Shown: in pieces, positions 19,729 through 28,340 of the stretch | Layout: each line of letters opens with the position of its first letter | Numbering within the stretch: position 1 is the first letter of the stretch | Program-made: the position numbers and the translations under genes | Notes under the pieces: model-generated | Seen by the model: the letters and a program-made list of their open reading frames with translations, nothing else | Databases searched by the model: none | What the model was told of the DNA's origin: nothing | DNA from: an uncultured Gemmatimonadaceae bacterium | Lineage (GTDB): Bacteria; Gemmatimonadota; Gemmatimonadetes; Gemmatimonadales; Gemmatimonadaceae | Direction: 5' to 3' | Length of the DNA stretch: 64,000 nucleotides | Assembly: GCA_963740355.1 (NCBI GenBank) | Contig: CAVUDW010000003.1 | Span: forward strand, 2,368,001 to 2,432,000

Positions 19729-20712
19729 TCAGCGCGATTCGACCGTGAAGCCGCTCGCGAAGCGCGTGAAGCTGACCGAGTCCGTCATGCGGAGCGCAGC
19801 CCAGGTCTGCATCGACATCCGGAAACTGTGCACGACGATCTCATTTGTCCCGTCACCGTCGACGTCCAGCACCGAGACCAGTTCGTGCAGCGGGTATGAG
19901 AGATCGCGCAGCTTGCCGCTGCGGGTCTTTCCGTTGGCTCGCACCAGCACCACGCGCTCGATCGTCTCCGGCGTGATCTCCAGCGGGCGAATCGTGATCA
20001 TCGCCCGGAAGTCGCCAAAACAGCCGCGCAGGACACTCACCGCTTCCTTGGGCGCCGGCACGAAGCCAGCGATCGCAGCGGCAATCGCCGGCTCGTCCGC
20101 GGGGGGACAGGGTGTGGCCGATCCGGTACGCGGCGGAACGGGTGGTGCGCCACGCCATTCAGCCGGGATGGCGCGCTCGGTGCTATCGAGGGCAGCCAGG
20201 TCCAGGCGCGCGATGATGCGCCGCCCGCTCAGTCGAAGCGCGGTCACGCGCGCTTGGGCGGCGCCGGCGCGCGGGTGCACCGTGATTAGCATCCCTGGCT
20301 GAATCGGACTCCGCGCGGCCAGCATGCGGTCGAACGCGGCGCGGGCTGCATCGGTGGTGCCGACCCCGCCGTCGATGCGACCGATGTCGACCGACGGTGC
20401 GCTGTCGATCATGCGCACCATGAACCAGCGCTGTGTGCGGGGCGCAAATACCGCGCGTTCAGCGAGGCTCGCCGCGTCGGCATCGAGCGCCGTATTGGGC
20501 GCGGCCGGGAGCAAGGCGAGCATCATCGTCATGCTGTCCGGAGGCGTGGAACGGATCGAATCCGGCCGTTCATCCCCCGTGGTGTCGGGAGGGGTGGCGC
20601 TGTCTGCGGCCACAGCCACGGTGCGCGGCGGCTCAGCGTCGCGGGGCTTGCACCCCCCTGCCACGCCAAACGCCAATACCGCACCGACCCCGAGCAGCCG
20701 TCCCTGACGCAT
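19729..20712 (-). CDS. Hypothetical lipoprotein
   Basis: Lipobox AGGC; one FG-GAP-like DVDGDGTNEI motif; directly follows the FHA gene. Confidence 0.7.
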   Translation of the reverse strand: MRQGRLLGVGAVLAFGVAGGCKPRDAEPPRTVAVAADSATPPDTTGDERPDSIRSTPPDSMTMMLALLPAAPNTALDADAASLAERAVFAPRTQRWFMVRMIDSAPSVDIGRIDGGVGTTDAARAAFDRMLAARSPIQPGMLITVHPRAGAAQARVTALRLSGRRIIARLDLAALDSTERAIPAEWRGAPPVPPRTGSATPCPPADEPAIAAAIAGFVPAPKEAVSVLRGCFGDFRAMITIRPLEITPETIERVVLVRANGKTRSGKLRDLSYPLHELVSVLDVDGDGTNEIVVHSFRMSMQTWAALRMTDSVSFTRFASGFTVESR

Positions 20713-21534
20713 TCAGTCGAGGAACTTCAGGACCGACGCCACCAGCCCGTACCGCCAGGCCAGCACACCGGCCAGCACGAGCAGGATCAGCAGCGCGAGC
20801 CCCGTGATCGCCTTCTGCCAGAGCTTCCGCTGGCGGACCTCACGCTCCTCGCGACGCTCCACCACACCGAGCTTGCCGGTTGGGACGCGTCGAGTGTAGT
20901 GGTCGGTCCGCATCGCATGCGCCGTCTCGAGCGCCCGCCGCACCGGCGGATCCACCGTGAACCAGAGCACTGTGCGGCCAATGCCAATCGCATCGCCATC
21001 GCTCAGCCGCGTCGGCTTCTCGACCTTGGCGCCATTTAAAAGCATCAGGGCGCCGATTTCGGGCAGCAGGCGGAGGCTGTCGCCATCCCGCTCCAACCGC
21101 GCGTGCACCCGCGAAACTTCCGGTTCCTGAAGAAGCACGGTACAGCCCGCTTCGCGGCCGATCGTGGTCGCGTCCTGACCGAGGGCGTACACCCGATCCC
21201 GCCGCGCGTCACGGAGCCAACCAGAGCCCGTTCCGGTCACCGATGGCGGGGCCTCCGACTCGAACCGGAACTCGTGGGCACCCATGACGATCACGTCGCC
21301 GGGCTGGAGGCGATGAGGCTCCCCGGTCAGTAATTCGCCATTGACCAGAATCTCCGCCTCGGCACTGGCTCGACTGATCGTCGGTACGCCGTAGCTGCCG
21401 TCACTCATGACGAGCGCATGCAGCCGCAGCAGGTCGGGTTCGCGGATCCGCCACGTGGCTTCGACGCCGCTTCCGATGGACAGGACGCCCAAACCGAGCG
21501 GTCGAGTCTGGTCGCCGAAGATGAGATGGGCCAT
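20713..21534 (-). CDS. Tandem FHA-domain protein with a C-terminal TM helix
   Basis: FHA2 IGRE...VSRVHA...LNG...LSDGDAIGIG; degenerate FHA1 IGSG...LRLHA...VNG...LQPGDVIVMG; terminal hydrophobic helix. Confidence 0.85.
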   Translation of the reverse strand: MAHLIFGDQTRPLGLGVLSIGSGVEATWRIREPDLLRLHALVMSDGSYGVPTISRASAEAEILVNGELLTGEPHRLQPGDVIVMGAHEFRFESEAPPSVTGTGSGWLRDARRDRVYALGQDATTIGREAGCTVLLQEPEVSRVHARLERDGDSLRLLPEIGALMLLNGAKVEKPTRLSDGDAIGIGRTVLWFTVDPPVRRALETAHAMRTDHYTRRVPTGKLGVVERREEREVRQRKLWQKAITGLALLILLVLAGVLAWRYGLVASVLKFLD

Positions 21535-21655
21535 CTGAACGCTGAGAGGACTCCGAGGGTAGCTTGATCACCCGCACCCGTCGAATACGATTCTGGAGCG
21601 GAAAAGATAACCGGAGTGCGCGAGTAGCGCGGGTTCACCGTTCTTCGATACCCTG

Positions 21656-22963
21656 ATGAGTGACGAGACCCTGAGCTCAGCTGCCATGCCCTCGACGAGC
21701 CCGACGGAGGCCTACGCCTCCGACCTGGGCCGTTTGCAGCGCACCGCACCGCTTGGCCCAGCGGATGATGCGTGGCTCGTCCTTGCCCATTCCCTGACCC
21801 GCTTCGGCGCCCTCAGCGCGGCGGATTTGAATGAGATCGCGCCGGCATCAGCGGACCTCCTCGCAGTAAGCGCGATGGCGGCTGGGCTGGCTGCCCAGTC
21901 GAGCGTGCTGCGGGCGGCACGGGCCCTTCGAGCCCTGCCAGACGGGTACACCGAGCTGCCCAGTGGCTACGACGCCGTGACGGAGTTGGTGATTGCGACG
22001 CAGGCCGTGGCCGAAGAGCAGGAACTGGCTGGTGGATTCGGGCTGGCGTACGCAACCTTGCGCGCGTTGCGCCAGGCGTTTTCCTCGCGCGTCTCACCGC
22101 GCATCGACGGCAATGTCGTGGCGCAGATCGGCCGTGCCGCGCGCCAGCTGGGTGCCGTCGATGTCGCGCGCGAGATGTACGAGGACGCGATGCTCATCGG
22201 CTATGAATGCGAGGCGCTCGATGTGGTCGCCCGTGCATTGCTCGGCCTCGGTGTCATTGCACTCACACGCGGCAACTATCCCGCGGCGCGCGAACAGTTC
22301 GAGCGCGCGCTGCTGAACGCCGATCGAGCCAACGATCCCGAACTGATCCGCTCCGCGCATCACGGCCTGCTCAACTGTGGCTTTGCCTCGGGCGACCTCG
22401 ACTCGGCGATGGTGCACGGGTGGAATGTGCTGCGGCTCTGCATCGCCCCGGATTCGCGAGCGGAAGCGCTCATGAACATGGGCGAAATCTGCCGACTCAC
22501 CGGTGAGCATGACGCCGCCATGCGCGTCTACGCGGTCGCCATGGAATGGACCTCGCAGCGCCGTGTTCGCCTGCATGCGCTGAGTGCCGCGCTACAGTCC
22601 GCCGTCACGATCAATCGTCTGTCGGATGCGCGCCGGTATCTGGCCGAGCTCACCGAGCTCATGCCCACCGTGCCCGATCCCTATACGCAAGCGAACATCG
22701 GAGTCGAAGTCGCAGATTCGCTCCACCGCCTTGGCGAGTCGACTGCTGCCGCGGCGATGCTCGATTCAGCTCTCTCACTGGCAAGGGAACACGCGTTCCA
22801 CGAACTGGTTCATCGCGCGGAGCAAGCTGCAAGTGTGTGGCACGTCGCACCTGTGCCGGACCCACTCGAGCAGAAGCATTCGCGCCGGAAGCGCCCGTAC
22901 AGGTCCGAGCACTTCCGGATGGTCCTGCGGTCACTGAATGGCCTGACCGCTGCGTCGCTCTGA
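21656..22963 (+). CDS. Cytoplasmic tetratricopeptide-repeat protein without a recognisable HTH
   Basis: TPR-like units QIGRAARQLG..AREMY, GLGVIALTRGNYPAAREQF, ALMNMGEICRLTGEHDAA; no signal peptide. Confidence 0.85.
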   Translation: MSDETLSSAAMPSTSPTEAYASDLGRLQRTAPLGPADDAWLVLAHSLTRFGALSAADLNEIAPASADLLAVSAMAAGLAAQSSVLRAARALRALPDGYTELPSGYDAVTELVIATQAVAEEQELAGGFGLAYATLRALRQAFSSRVSPRIDGNVVAQIGRAARQLGAVDVAREMYEDAMLIGYECEALDVVARALLGLGVIALTRGNYPAAREQFERALLNADRANDPELIRSAHHGLLNCGFASGDLDSAMVHGWNVLRLCIAPDSRAEALMNMGEICRLTGEHDAAMRVYAVAMEWTSQRRVRLHALSAALQSAVTINRLSDARRYLAELTELMPTVPDPYTQANIGVEVADSLHRLGESTAAAAMLDSALSLAREHAFHELVHRAEQAASVWHVAPVPDPLEQKHSRRKRPYRSEHFRMVLRSLNGLTAASL

Positions 22964-22969
22964 CGCGGA

Positions 22970-23176
22970 CTAGTGCCAGGGGATCGTCGGCACTGCGCCG
23001 TTCTGCACGTCGAACCAGGGGATGGTCGGGACGCGCTTGGTCGTGTCGACATCGGCGCTCACCTGCTTCTCCGAATTCTCGACCAGCGGTGATGTCGGAT
23101 CAGCTGCGCAGGCCGAGAGGCCGGCGGCGAGGATCAGCAGAGCGGCGAGTGCGGTGCGGTGGCGGAGCGTCGTCAT
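22970..23176 (-). CDS. 68-aa lipoprotein-signal propeptide with two C-terminal VPTIPW copies
   Basis: AGGA RBS 7 nt before ATG 23176; MTTLRHRTALAALLILAAGLSAC lipobox; ends TKRVPTIPWFDVQNGAVPTIPWH-stop. Confidence 0.8.
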   Translation of the reverse strand: MTTLRHRTALAALLILAAGLSACAADPTSPLVENSEKQVSADVDTTKRVPTIPWFDVQNGAVPTIPWH

Positions 23177-23270
23177 GGCAGTGTCCTGAGTTGGGTGTAC
23201 ATCAAACCTGCCGATGCCGGCTCTGATCTCCGCACACGGTGCGGGCACCACCCTCACCGGATGGGAAACC

Positions 23271-24215
23271 GTGGGATTTCCGTTGGTCGACGACAGCAGG
23301 AACAACCAGAGCCGCCCTCTGCAACGGGTGGTCGCAGCCCTGGTACGCGATCGTCGCGACCTGGCGCGACTGCAGGAGGCACTGCGCCCGTCCGCAGGTG
23401 CGCCACCTGCCGGCGTGCTGCATGCATTCGAGCGCGTCGATCGACTCGATGCAGCGCTGCAGCGCACACACTTCGATGTGTTGGTCATCGAACCGACCGA
23501 TGCCGATGGTCATTCGACCGAGGAGATGATCCGGAGCATTCGCGCCCGTTTTCCGCGTCTCTCGGTGCTTGGCCACGTCGTGATGCGCCCCGGGATCTCG
23601 TCCTCGGTGCTTTCTTTCGCGCGCGCCGGTGTACACGAACTGATCGTCTCAGGTATCGACGACACTGCGATGGTGCTTCGCGTCGCGCTGCAACGCGCCT
23701 CGCAGCGCTGCCTGGCGGAGGAGGTGTACGCGGAGGTGAGCTCATCACTGCCGCGTGAAGCCGCCCGACTCGTGCGTTATTGCCTCGAGCATGCGAGCGA
23801 GTCGCCAACGATCGATGACATATCACGCGCACTAGGTGTGCATCGACGCACGCTCGTCAATCGCATGCAGAATGCGATGCTCCCACCACCGAGCGAACTC
23901 TGGGCCTGGTCTCGCGTGCTGCTGGCAGCGCGGTACCTCGAAATGCCAGGACGCTCGGTGGAGTGGGTGGCTCACACAGTCGGATACCCATCGGCGAACG
24001 CGCTGCGCAACGCACTCAAGCGCTACACTGGACTGGTGCCGAGTGAGTTGCGAGAGGACGACGGTTTCGCCCGTGCGACGCTCGCCTTCCGCGGTGCACT
24101 GCTGGCCACGTCGCGTCACGTGGGACCACTGATGATGCCGGTCGGTCAGCGAACGCGCCTGCAACGAAGTGGTGCTGCATCCGACCCGCTCGCGGGCGTC
24201 AGACAGGCGGTGTAG
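23271..24215 (+). CDS. AraC-family transcriptional regulator with a degenerate receiver-like N-domain (start uncertain, 23214-23328)
   Basis: IDDISRALGVHRRTL and SVEWVAHTVGYPSANALRNALKRYTGLVPSE (double HTH); N-terminal FDVLVIEP...AGVHELIV. Confidence 0.85.
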   Translation: MGFPLVDDSRNNQSRPLQRVVAALVRDRRDLARLQEALRPSAGAPPAGVLHAFERVDRLDAALQRTHFDVLVIEPTDADGHSTEEMIRSIRARFPRLSVLGHVVMRPGISSSVLSFARAGVHELIVSGIDDTAMVLRVALQRASQRCLAEEVYAEVSSSLPREAARLVRYCLEHASESPTIDDISRALGVHRRTLVNRMQNAMLPPPSELWAWSRVLLAARYLEMPGRSVEWVAHTVGYPSANALRNALKRYTGLVPSELREDDGFARATLAFRGALLATSRHVGPLMMPVGQRTRLQRSGAASDPLAGVRQAV

Positions 24216-24265
24216 CGTCGTCGGTGATCGACCGCCGGTAGTGGACGGCTGCTGTCGCTACCGGT

Positions 24266-24721
24266 TCAAGCGGTGGGCAGTGGCTGCAGGTCGGGCGGTA
24301 CATGCGATGCGCGGGCCTGCCGCGAGAACAGCAGCGTGTTCGAATAGTGCTGCATCGGCAGGTCGCGTCGTCCCCACTGCTCGAAGAAGCTGTTCGAGTC
24401 GTCGCGGAGCGACGGCGGTGCAGGATTGCGCGCCACATGGAGCGCCACAACCTGCATGTAGAAGGCGGTGATGGTTTCGTGGTAGCCGCTGTCGGGTGTG
24501 CTCTCGATGCCCGCCTTTGCATTGAAGCCAAGGATCGTGGCACGGGCGGTGTCGAGGGCCTCGCTCGCCGGCACCGCCCGCCCGATGGAGAGCGCGACCG
24601 TCAGATGTGCTCGATGATTCCAGGCCGATCGGGGCAAGGTGCCGTCGGCGACCGCGTCGAGGACCGCGCGCACATCAGCGTCGGTGGCGAACGGGGCCTC
24701 GGTGAGGGCGTGGTAGTCCAT
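24266..24721 (-). CDS. Conserved-looking hypothetical protein
   Basis: WNHRAHL, GYHETIT, HYS...PPDL motifs. Confidence 0.75.
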   Translation of the reverse strand: MDYHALTEAPFATDADVRAVLDAVADGTLPRSAWNHRAHLTVALSIGRAVPASEALDTARATILGFNAKAGIESTPDSGYHETITAFYMQVVALHVARNPAPPSLRDDSNSFFEQWGRRDLPMQHYSNTLLFSRQARASHVPPDLQPLPTA

Positions 24722-24767
24722 CCCCCAAAGCTGGGTGGGTCACGGCACTACCGCAGGGGGGTGCCGG

Positions 24768-25220
24768 TCAGGGGATCGGTCGCACACTGTCGACCGTGAT
24801 ATACCCACCGCCATCGTTCTCAGGAGTGCCGTACGTCAGTGTTCTCGGATAGCCGAGCTTGTCGTCATAAGTCACTTGAAGCCGTTCAGGCCGCTGGCGA
24901 ATCTCTTCCGCGACCTGCTTGAAGATGCTGTCCACCGGCTGACGCCACGTCAGCGGCTCGGATGCACCAGTGCCGACATCCACGATCGCCGTGACCTGTC
25001 CATTCCGGACGGTGACGCGCTTCGTTCCTGTGAATTCAGGCAAACAGAAGCACAAAACGGTGCTATTAAAGCTATAATTGACCAGCCTGGCGTCAGACCA
25101 CTTCTTCTGCGCGCTCTGCAGGTCGAGCCGCTGACCGAACGGAGACGTCGGATCGGAGGTGCAGGCCGCGGCAACGGCGACCGCCACCAGTCCAAGACTC
25201 GCCAGTCGATGTCTGCCCAT
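24768..25220 (-). CDS. Lipoprotein, DUF6174-like
   Basis: Lipobox AAAC; W...Y.F...CFC...V.V.NG; YDDKLGYP. Confidence 0.7.
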   Translation of the reverse strand: MGRHRLASLGLVAVAVAAACTSDPTSPFGQRLDLQSAQKKWSDARLVNYSFNSTVLCFCLPEFTGTKRVTVRNGQVTAIVDVGTGASEPLTWRQPVDSIFKQVAEEIRQRPERLQVTYDDKLGYPRTLTYGTPENDGGGYITVDSVRPIP

Positions 25221-25331
25221 CTCACGCTCGCATCAGGGTTCAGGGTGGCGTACCGCCGGCCGCCGAGACCGGTCACGCGCTGCCGATGCGGTTCCCTTTC
25301 GATCGCTCGGTGCCGCGTAACCGCCATGCCC

Positions 25332-25357
25332 ATTCGTCAACAGTTTTGTTGACGAAT
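25332..25357. promoter_or_regulatory. Probable SufR operator
   Basis: Perfect 11-4-11 palindrome ATTCGTCAACA-gttt-TGTTGACGAAT containing CAAC-N6-GTTG; overlaps the -35 box. Confidence 0.8.
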
Positions 25358-25376
25358 CCGCATACCCGACTAGTTT
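25349..25376 (+). promoter_or_regulatory. Sigma70-type promoter of the suf operon
   Basis: TTGACG-N16-TAGTTT, ending 7 nt before ATG 25384. Confidence 0.7.
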
Positions 25377-25383
25377 GCTCGCC

Positions 25384-26094
25384 ATGGAAGAAATGGGGAC
25401 CGCGCTCGTCGGCTATCGTGGGATTCAGGCCGAACTGCTGCTGGCGCTGAAAAAGCACCAGCCGCTGACGGCGCGCGAACTGGCCGCCCGTTTCGACCTC
25501 ACCCCGAACGCCATGCGTCGCCATCTCGAGACCCTCGAGGCGGCCGGCATCATCCGTCACTCGCGCGAAGTGCGCGGTGTTGGTGGGCCGGTGCATGCGT
25601 TCTCCCTCACCGGCAGTGGTGAGGCGCTCTTCCCGCGTCAGTACGCCACGGTGCTGCTGGAGACGCTCGAGTCCATCGCCACCGAACATGGTCGCGGTGG
25701 CGTGAGCGACTTCTTCCGGCGGAAGTGGACAGCCCTCGCGGCCGAGGCCGCACCCGCGCTGCGACAGCTTCCGCTCACCGAGCGAGTGCAGTTGCTGGCT
25801 GAGTTGTGGACGTCGCTTGGCTACATGGCCGAGGCGGATGTCGATGACGTCACCGGCCTGCCCGTGCTGCGCAAGCACAACTGTGCGATCCGCGCCGTGG
25901 CGGAGCAGTACCCGGAAATCTGCGCGACCGAGGCGGCCTTCATCGAAGACGTGATCGGTGTGCCGACGGAACGCCGCCAGCACATCCTGGCGGGATGCAA
26001 CACCTGTGAATACGTGGTCGGCGGCGCACAGATCGCGCGTCGATCGACCGAGCTGGCAACAAGCAACGCCGGTGACCGGCGTGGAGAAGCGTGA
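25384..26094 (+). CDS. sufR: SufR-type Fe-S cluster biosynthesis regulator
   Basis: N-terminal wHTH ([17 protein letters not shown]); C-terminal HNC...EIC...C ligands; first gene of the suf operon. Confidence 0.85.
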   Translation: MEEMGTALVGYRGIQAELLLALKKHQPLTARELAARFDLTPNAMRRHLETLEAAGIIRHSREVRGVGGPVHAFSLTGSGEALFPRQYATVLLETLESIATEHGRGGVSDFFRRKWTALAAEAAPALRQLPLTERVQLLAELWTSLGYMAEADVDDVTGLPVLRKHNCAIRAVAEQYPEICATEAAFIEDVIGVPTERRQHILAGCNTCEYVVGGAQIARRSTELATSNAGDRRGEA

Positions 26095-26098
26095 CGCG

Positions 26099-27532
26099 AT
26101 GAGCAGCGAAATCGAGGCCCTCGTTGGGCGAGAGTATCAGTATGGATTCGTCACCGATATCGACGCCGACACCATCCCGCCGGGATTGAGTGAGGATGTC
26201 GTACGGCTGATCTCGGCCAAGAAGGCGGAACCCGAGTGGCTGCTCGAGTGGCGCCTCAAGGCCTACCGTCGCTGGCTCACGATGACCGAGCCGACGTGGC
26301 CCAACGTCCACTATCCGGCCATCGACTATCAGGCCGTCCGCTACTACTCCGCGCCCAAGACGGCCAAGCCCCTTGGTTCGCTCGACGAAGTCGACCCCAA
26401 GCTGCTCGATACCTACAAGAAGCTTGGCATTCCACTGCATGAGCAGAAGATGCTCGCCGGCGTCGCCGTCGATGCGGTGTTCGACAGCGTCTCGGTTGGC
26501 ACCACCTACAAGGCCGAGCTGGCGAAGCACGGCATCGTCTTCTGCAGCTTCAGCGAGGCGGTGCACGAGCATCCGGAGCTGATCAAGAAGTATCTCGGCA
26601 GCGTGGTGCCGTACAGCGACAACTTCTTCGCGGCGCTCAACTCCGCGGTCTTCAGCGATGGCAGCTTCTGCTACATTCCGAAGGGCGTGAAGTGTCCGAT
26701 GGAGCTCAGCACCTACTTCCGCATTAACGCCGCCGATACCGGCCAGTTCGAGCGCACACTGATCGTGGCCGAAGAAGGGGCCAGCGTGAGCTACCTCGAA
26801 GGGTGCACCGCGCCCAAGCGCAGCACCAACCAGCTGCACGCCGCCGTGGTCGAGCTGATCGCGCTCGACGATGCGACGATCAAGTACAGCACGGTGCAGA
26901 ACTGGTATGCCGGTGACGAGAACGGCGTCGGCGGCATCTACAACTTCGTCACCAAGCGCGGCAAGGCGATGAAGAACGCCAAGATCTCGTGGACGCAGGT
27001 CGAAACCGGCTCGGCGATCACATGGAAGTACCCCAGCGTGATCCTGCAGGGTGACAACTCCATCGGCGAGTTCTACTCGGTGGCCGTCGTCAACAACATG
27101 CAGCAGGCCGACACCGGCACGAAGATGATCCACATCGGCCGCAACACGAAGTCGAACATCGTCAGCAAGGGCATCAGCGCCGGCCGCGGGCAGAACAGCT
27201 ACCGCGGCATGGTGAAGGTGCTGCCGAAGGCCGAAGGGGCGCGCAACTACACGCAGTGTGACAGCATGCTCATTGGCAATGCCTGCGGCGCGCACACCTT
27301 CCCGTACATCGAGATCAACAACAACACGGCGACGCTGGAGCATGAAGCGTCGACGACGAAGATCGGGGAAGACCAGATCTTCTACCTGAAGCAGCGCGGC
27401 ATGAGCGCGGAAAACGCGGTCAGCATGATCGTCGCCGGCTTCTGCAAGGAAGTGTTCAAGGAACTGCCGATGGAGTTCGCCCTCGAGGCGCAACAGCTGC
27501 TGGGCATCACACTCGAAGGCTCCGTCGGCTGA
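26099..27532 (+). CDS. sufB: Fe-S cluster assembly protein SufB
   Basis: [42 protein letters not shown]. Confidence 0.98.
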   Translation: MSSEIEALVGREYQYGFVTDIDADTIPPGLSEDVVRLISAKKAEPEWLLEWRLKAYRRWLTMTEPTWPNVHYPAIDYQAVRYYSAPKTAKPLGSLDEVDPKLLDTYKKLGIPLHEQKMLAGVAVDAVFDSVSVGTTYKAELAKHGIVFCSFSEAVHEHPELIKKYLGSVVPYSDNFFAALNSAVFSDGSFCYIPKGVKCPMELSTYFRINAADTGQFERTLIVAEEGASVSYLEGCTAPKRSTNQLHAAVVELIALDDATIKYSTVQNWYAGDENGVGGIYNFVTKRGKAMKNAKISWTQVETGSAITWKYPSVILQGDNSIGEFYSVAVVNNMQQADTGTKMIHIGRNTKSNIVSKGISAGRGQNSYRGMVKVLPKAEGARNYTQCDSMLIGNACGAHTFPYIEINNNTATLEHEASTTKIGEDQIFYLKQRGMSAENAVSMIVAGFCKEVFKELPMEFALEAQQLLGITLEGSVG

Positions 27533-27581
27533 GCCGAACTGCCTGGACCCGATTTTTCACACACGCTGCGACGAGAACCAA

Positions 27582-28340
27582 ATGAGCATGCTCGAGATTT
27601 CGAACCTGACGGCTACGGCCGGCGACAAGGACATCCTGAAGGGGATCAACCTCACCGTGAACGCGGGCGAAGTGCACGCGATCATGGGCCCGAACGGCAG
27701 CGGCAAGAGCACACTGGCGCAGGTGCTGGCGGGTCATCCGTCGTATGAAGTCACCGGCGGTTCCGTGCTGTTCGAGGGCGAGGACCTGCTCGAACTCGAT
27801 CCAGAGGTGCGCGCCCACAAGGGTGTCTTCCTCGCCTTCCAGTACCCGATCGAGATTCCGGGCGTGAGCAACGCCTACTTCCTGCGCAGCGCCTACAACG
27901 CGATGCGCGTGGCGCGCGGCGGCGAGGAGATCGACCCGATGGAATTTCTCGACGTGATGGAAGAGAAGCTCAAGATCGTCGAGATGGATGACGCCATGCT
28001 CTCGCGCAGCGTGAACATGGGCTTCTCCGGCGGCGAGAAGAAGCGCAACGAAATCCTGCAGATGGCGGTGCTCGAGCCGAAGCTGGCGATCCTCGACGAA
28101 ACCGATTCCGGCCTCGACATCGACGCACTGCGCGTGGTGGCGGAAGGTGTGAACAAGCTCCGTCGTCCGGACAACGCCGCCATCGTGGTGACGCACTACC
28201 AGCGCCTGCTGAACTACATCGTGCCCGACTTCGTGCATGTGCTGGCCGGCGGCCGGATCATCCGCAGCGGCACCAAGGAGCTGGCACTGGAGCTGGAAGA
28301 GAAGGGCTACGATTGGCTCCTGCAGGAGGCATTGGCGTGA
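27582..28340 (+). CDS. sufC: Fe-S cluster assembly ATPase SufC
   Basis: GPNGSGKST, FSGGEKKRNE, LDETDSGLDIDAL. Confidence 0.98.
   Translation: MSMLEISNLTATAGDKDILKGINLTVNAGEVHAIMGPNGSGKSTLAQVLAGHPSYEVTGGSVLFEGEDLLELDPEVRAHKGVFLAFQYPIEIPGVSNAYFLRSAYNAMRVARGGEEIDPMEFLDVMEEKLKIVEMDDAMLSRSVNMGFSGGEKKRNEILQMAVLEPKLAILDETDSGLDIDALRVVAEGVNKLRRPDNAAIVVTHYQRLLNYIVPDFVHVLAGGRIIRSGTKELALELEEKGYDWLLQEALA

Noticed and set aside
22970..23176. VPTIPW peptide as a RiPP precursor
   Set aside because: No radical SAM, YcaO, lanthipeptide, P450 or peptidase-transporter gene is adjacent, and it has a lipobox signal. Modification in trans cannot be excluded.
23177..23488. N-terminal 104 aa of the 172-aa ORF called at 22970..23488
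   Set aside because: It overlaps the AraC gene antisense and has no protein-like features; the RBS and signal peptide point to ATG 23176.
25940..27493. 517-aa ORF antisense to sufB
   Set aside because: Shadow ORF expected from high-GC codon bias; the sense gene is unambiguous.
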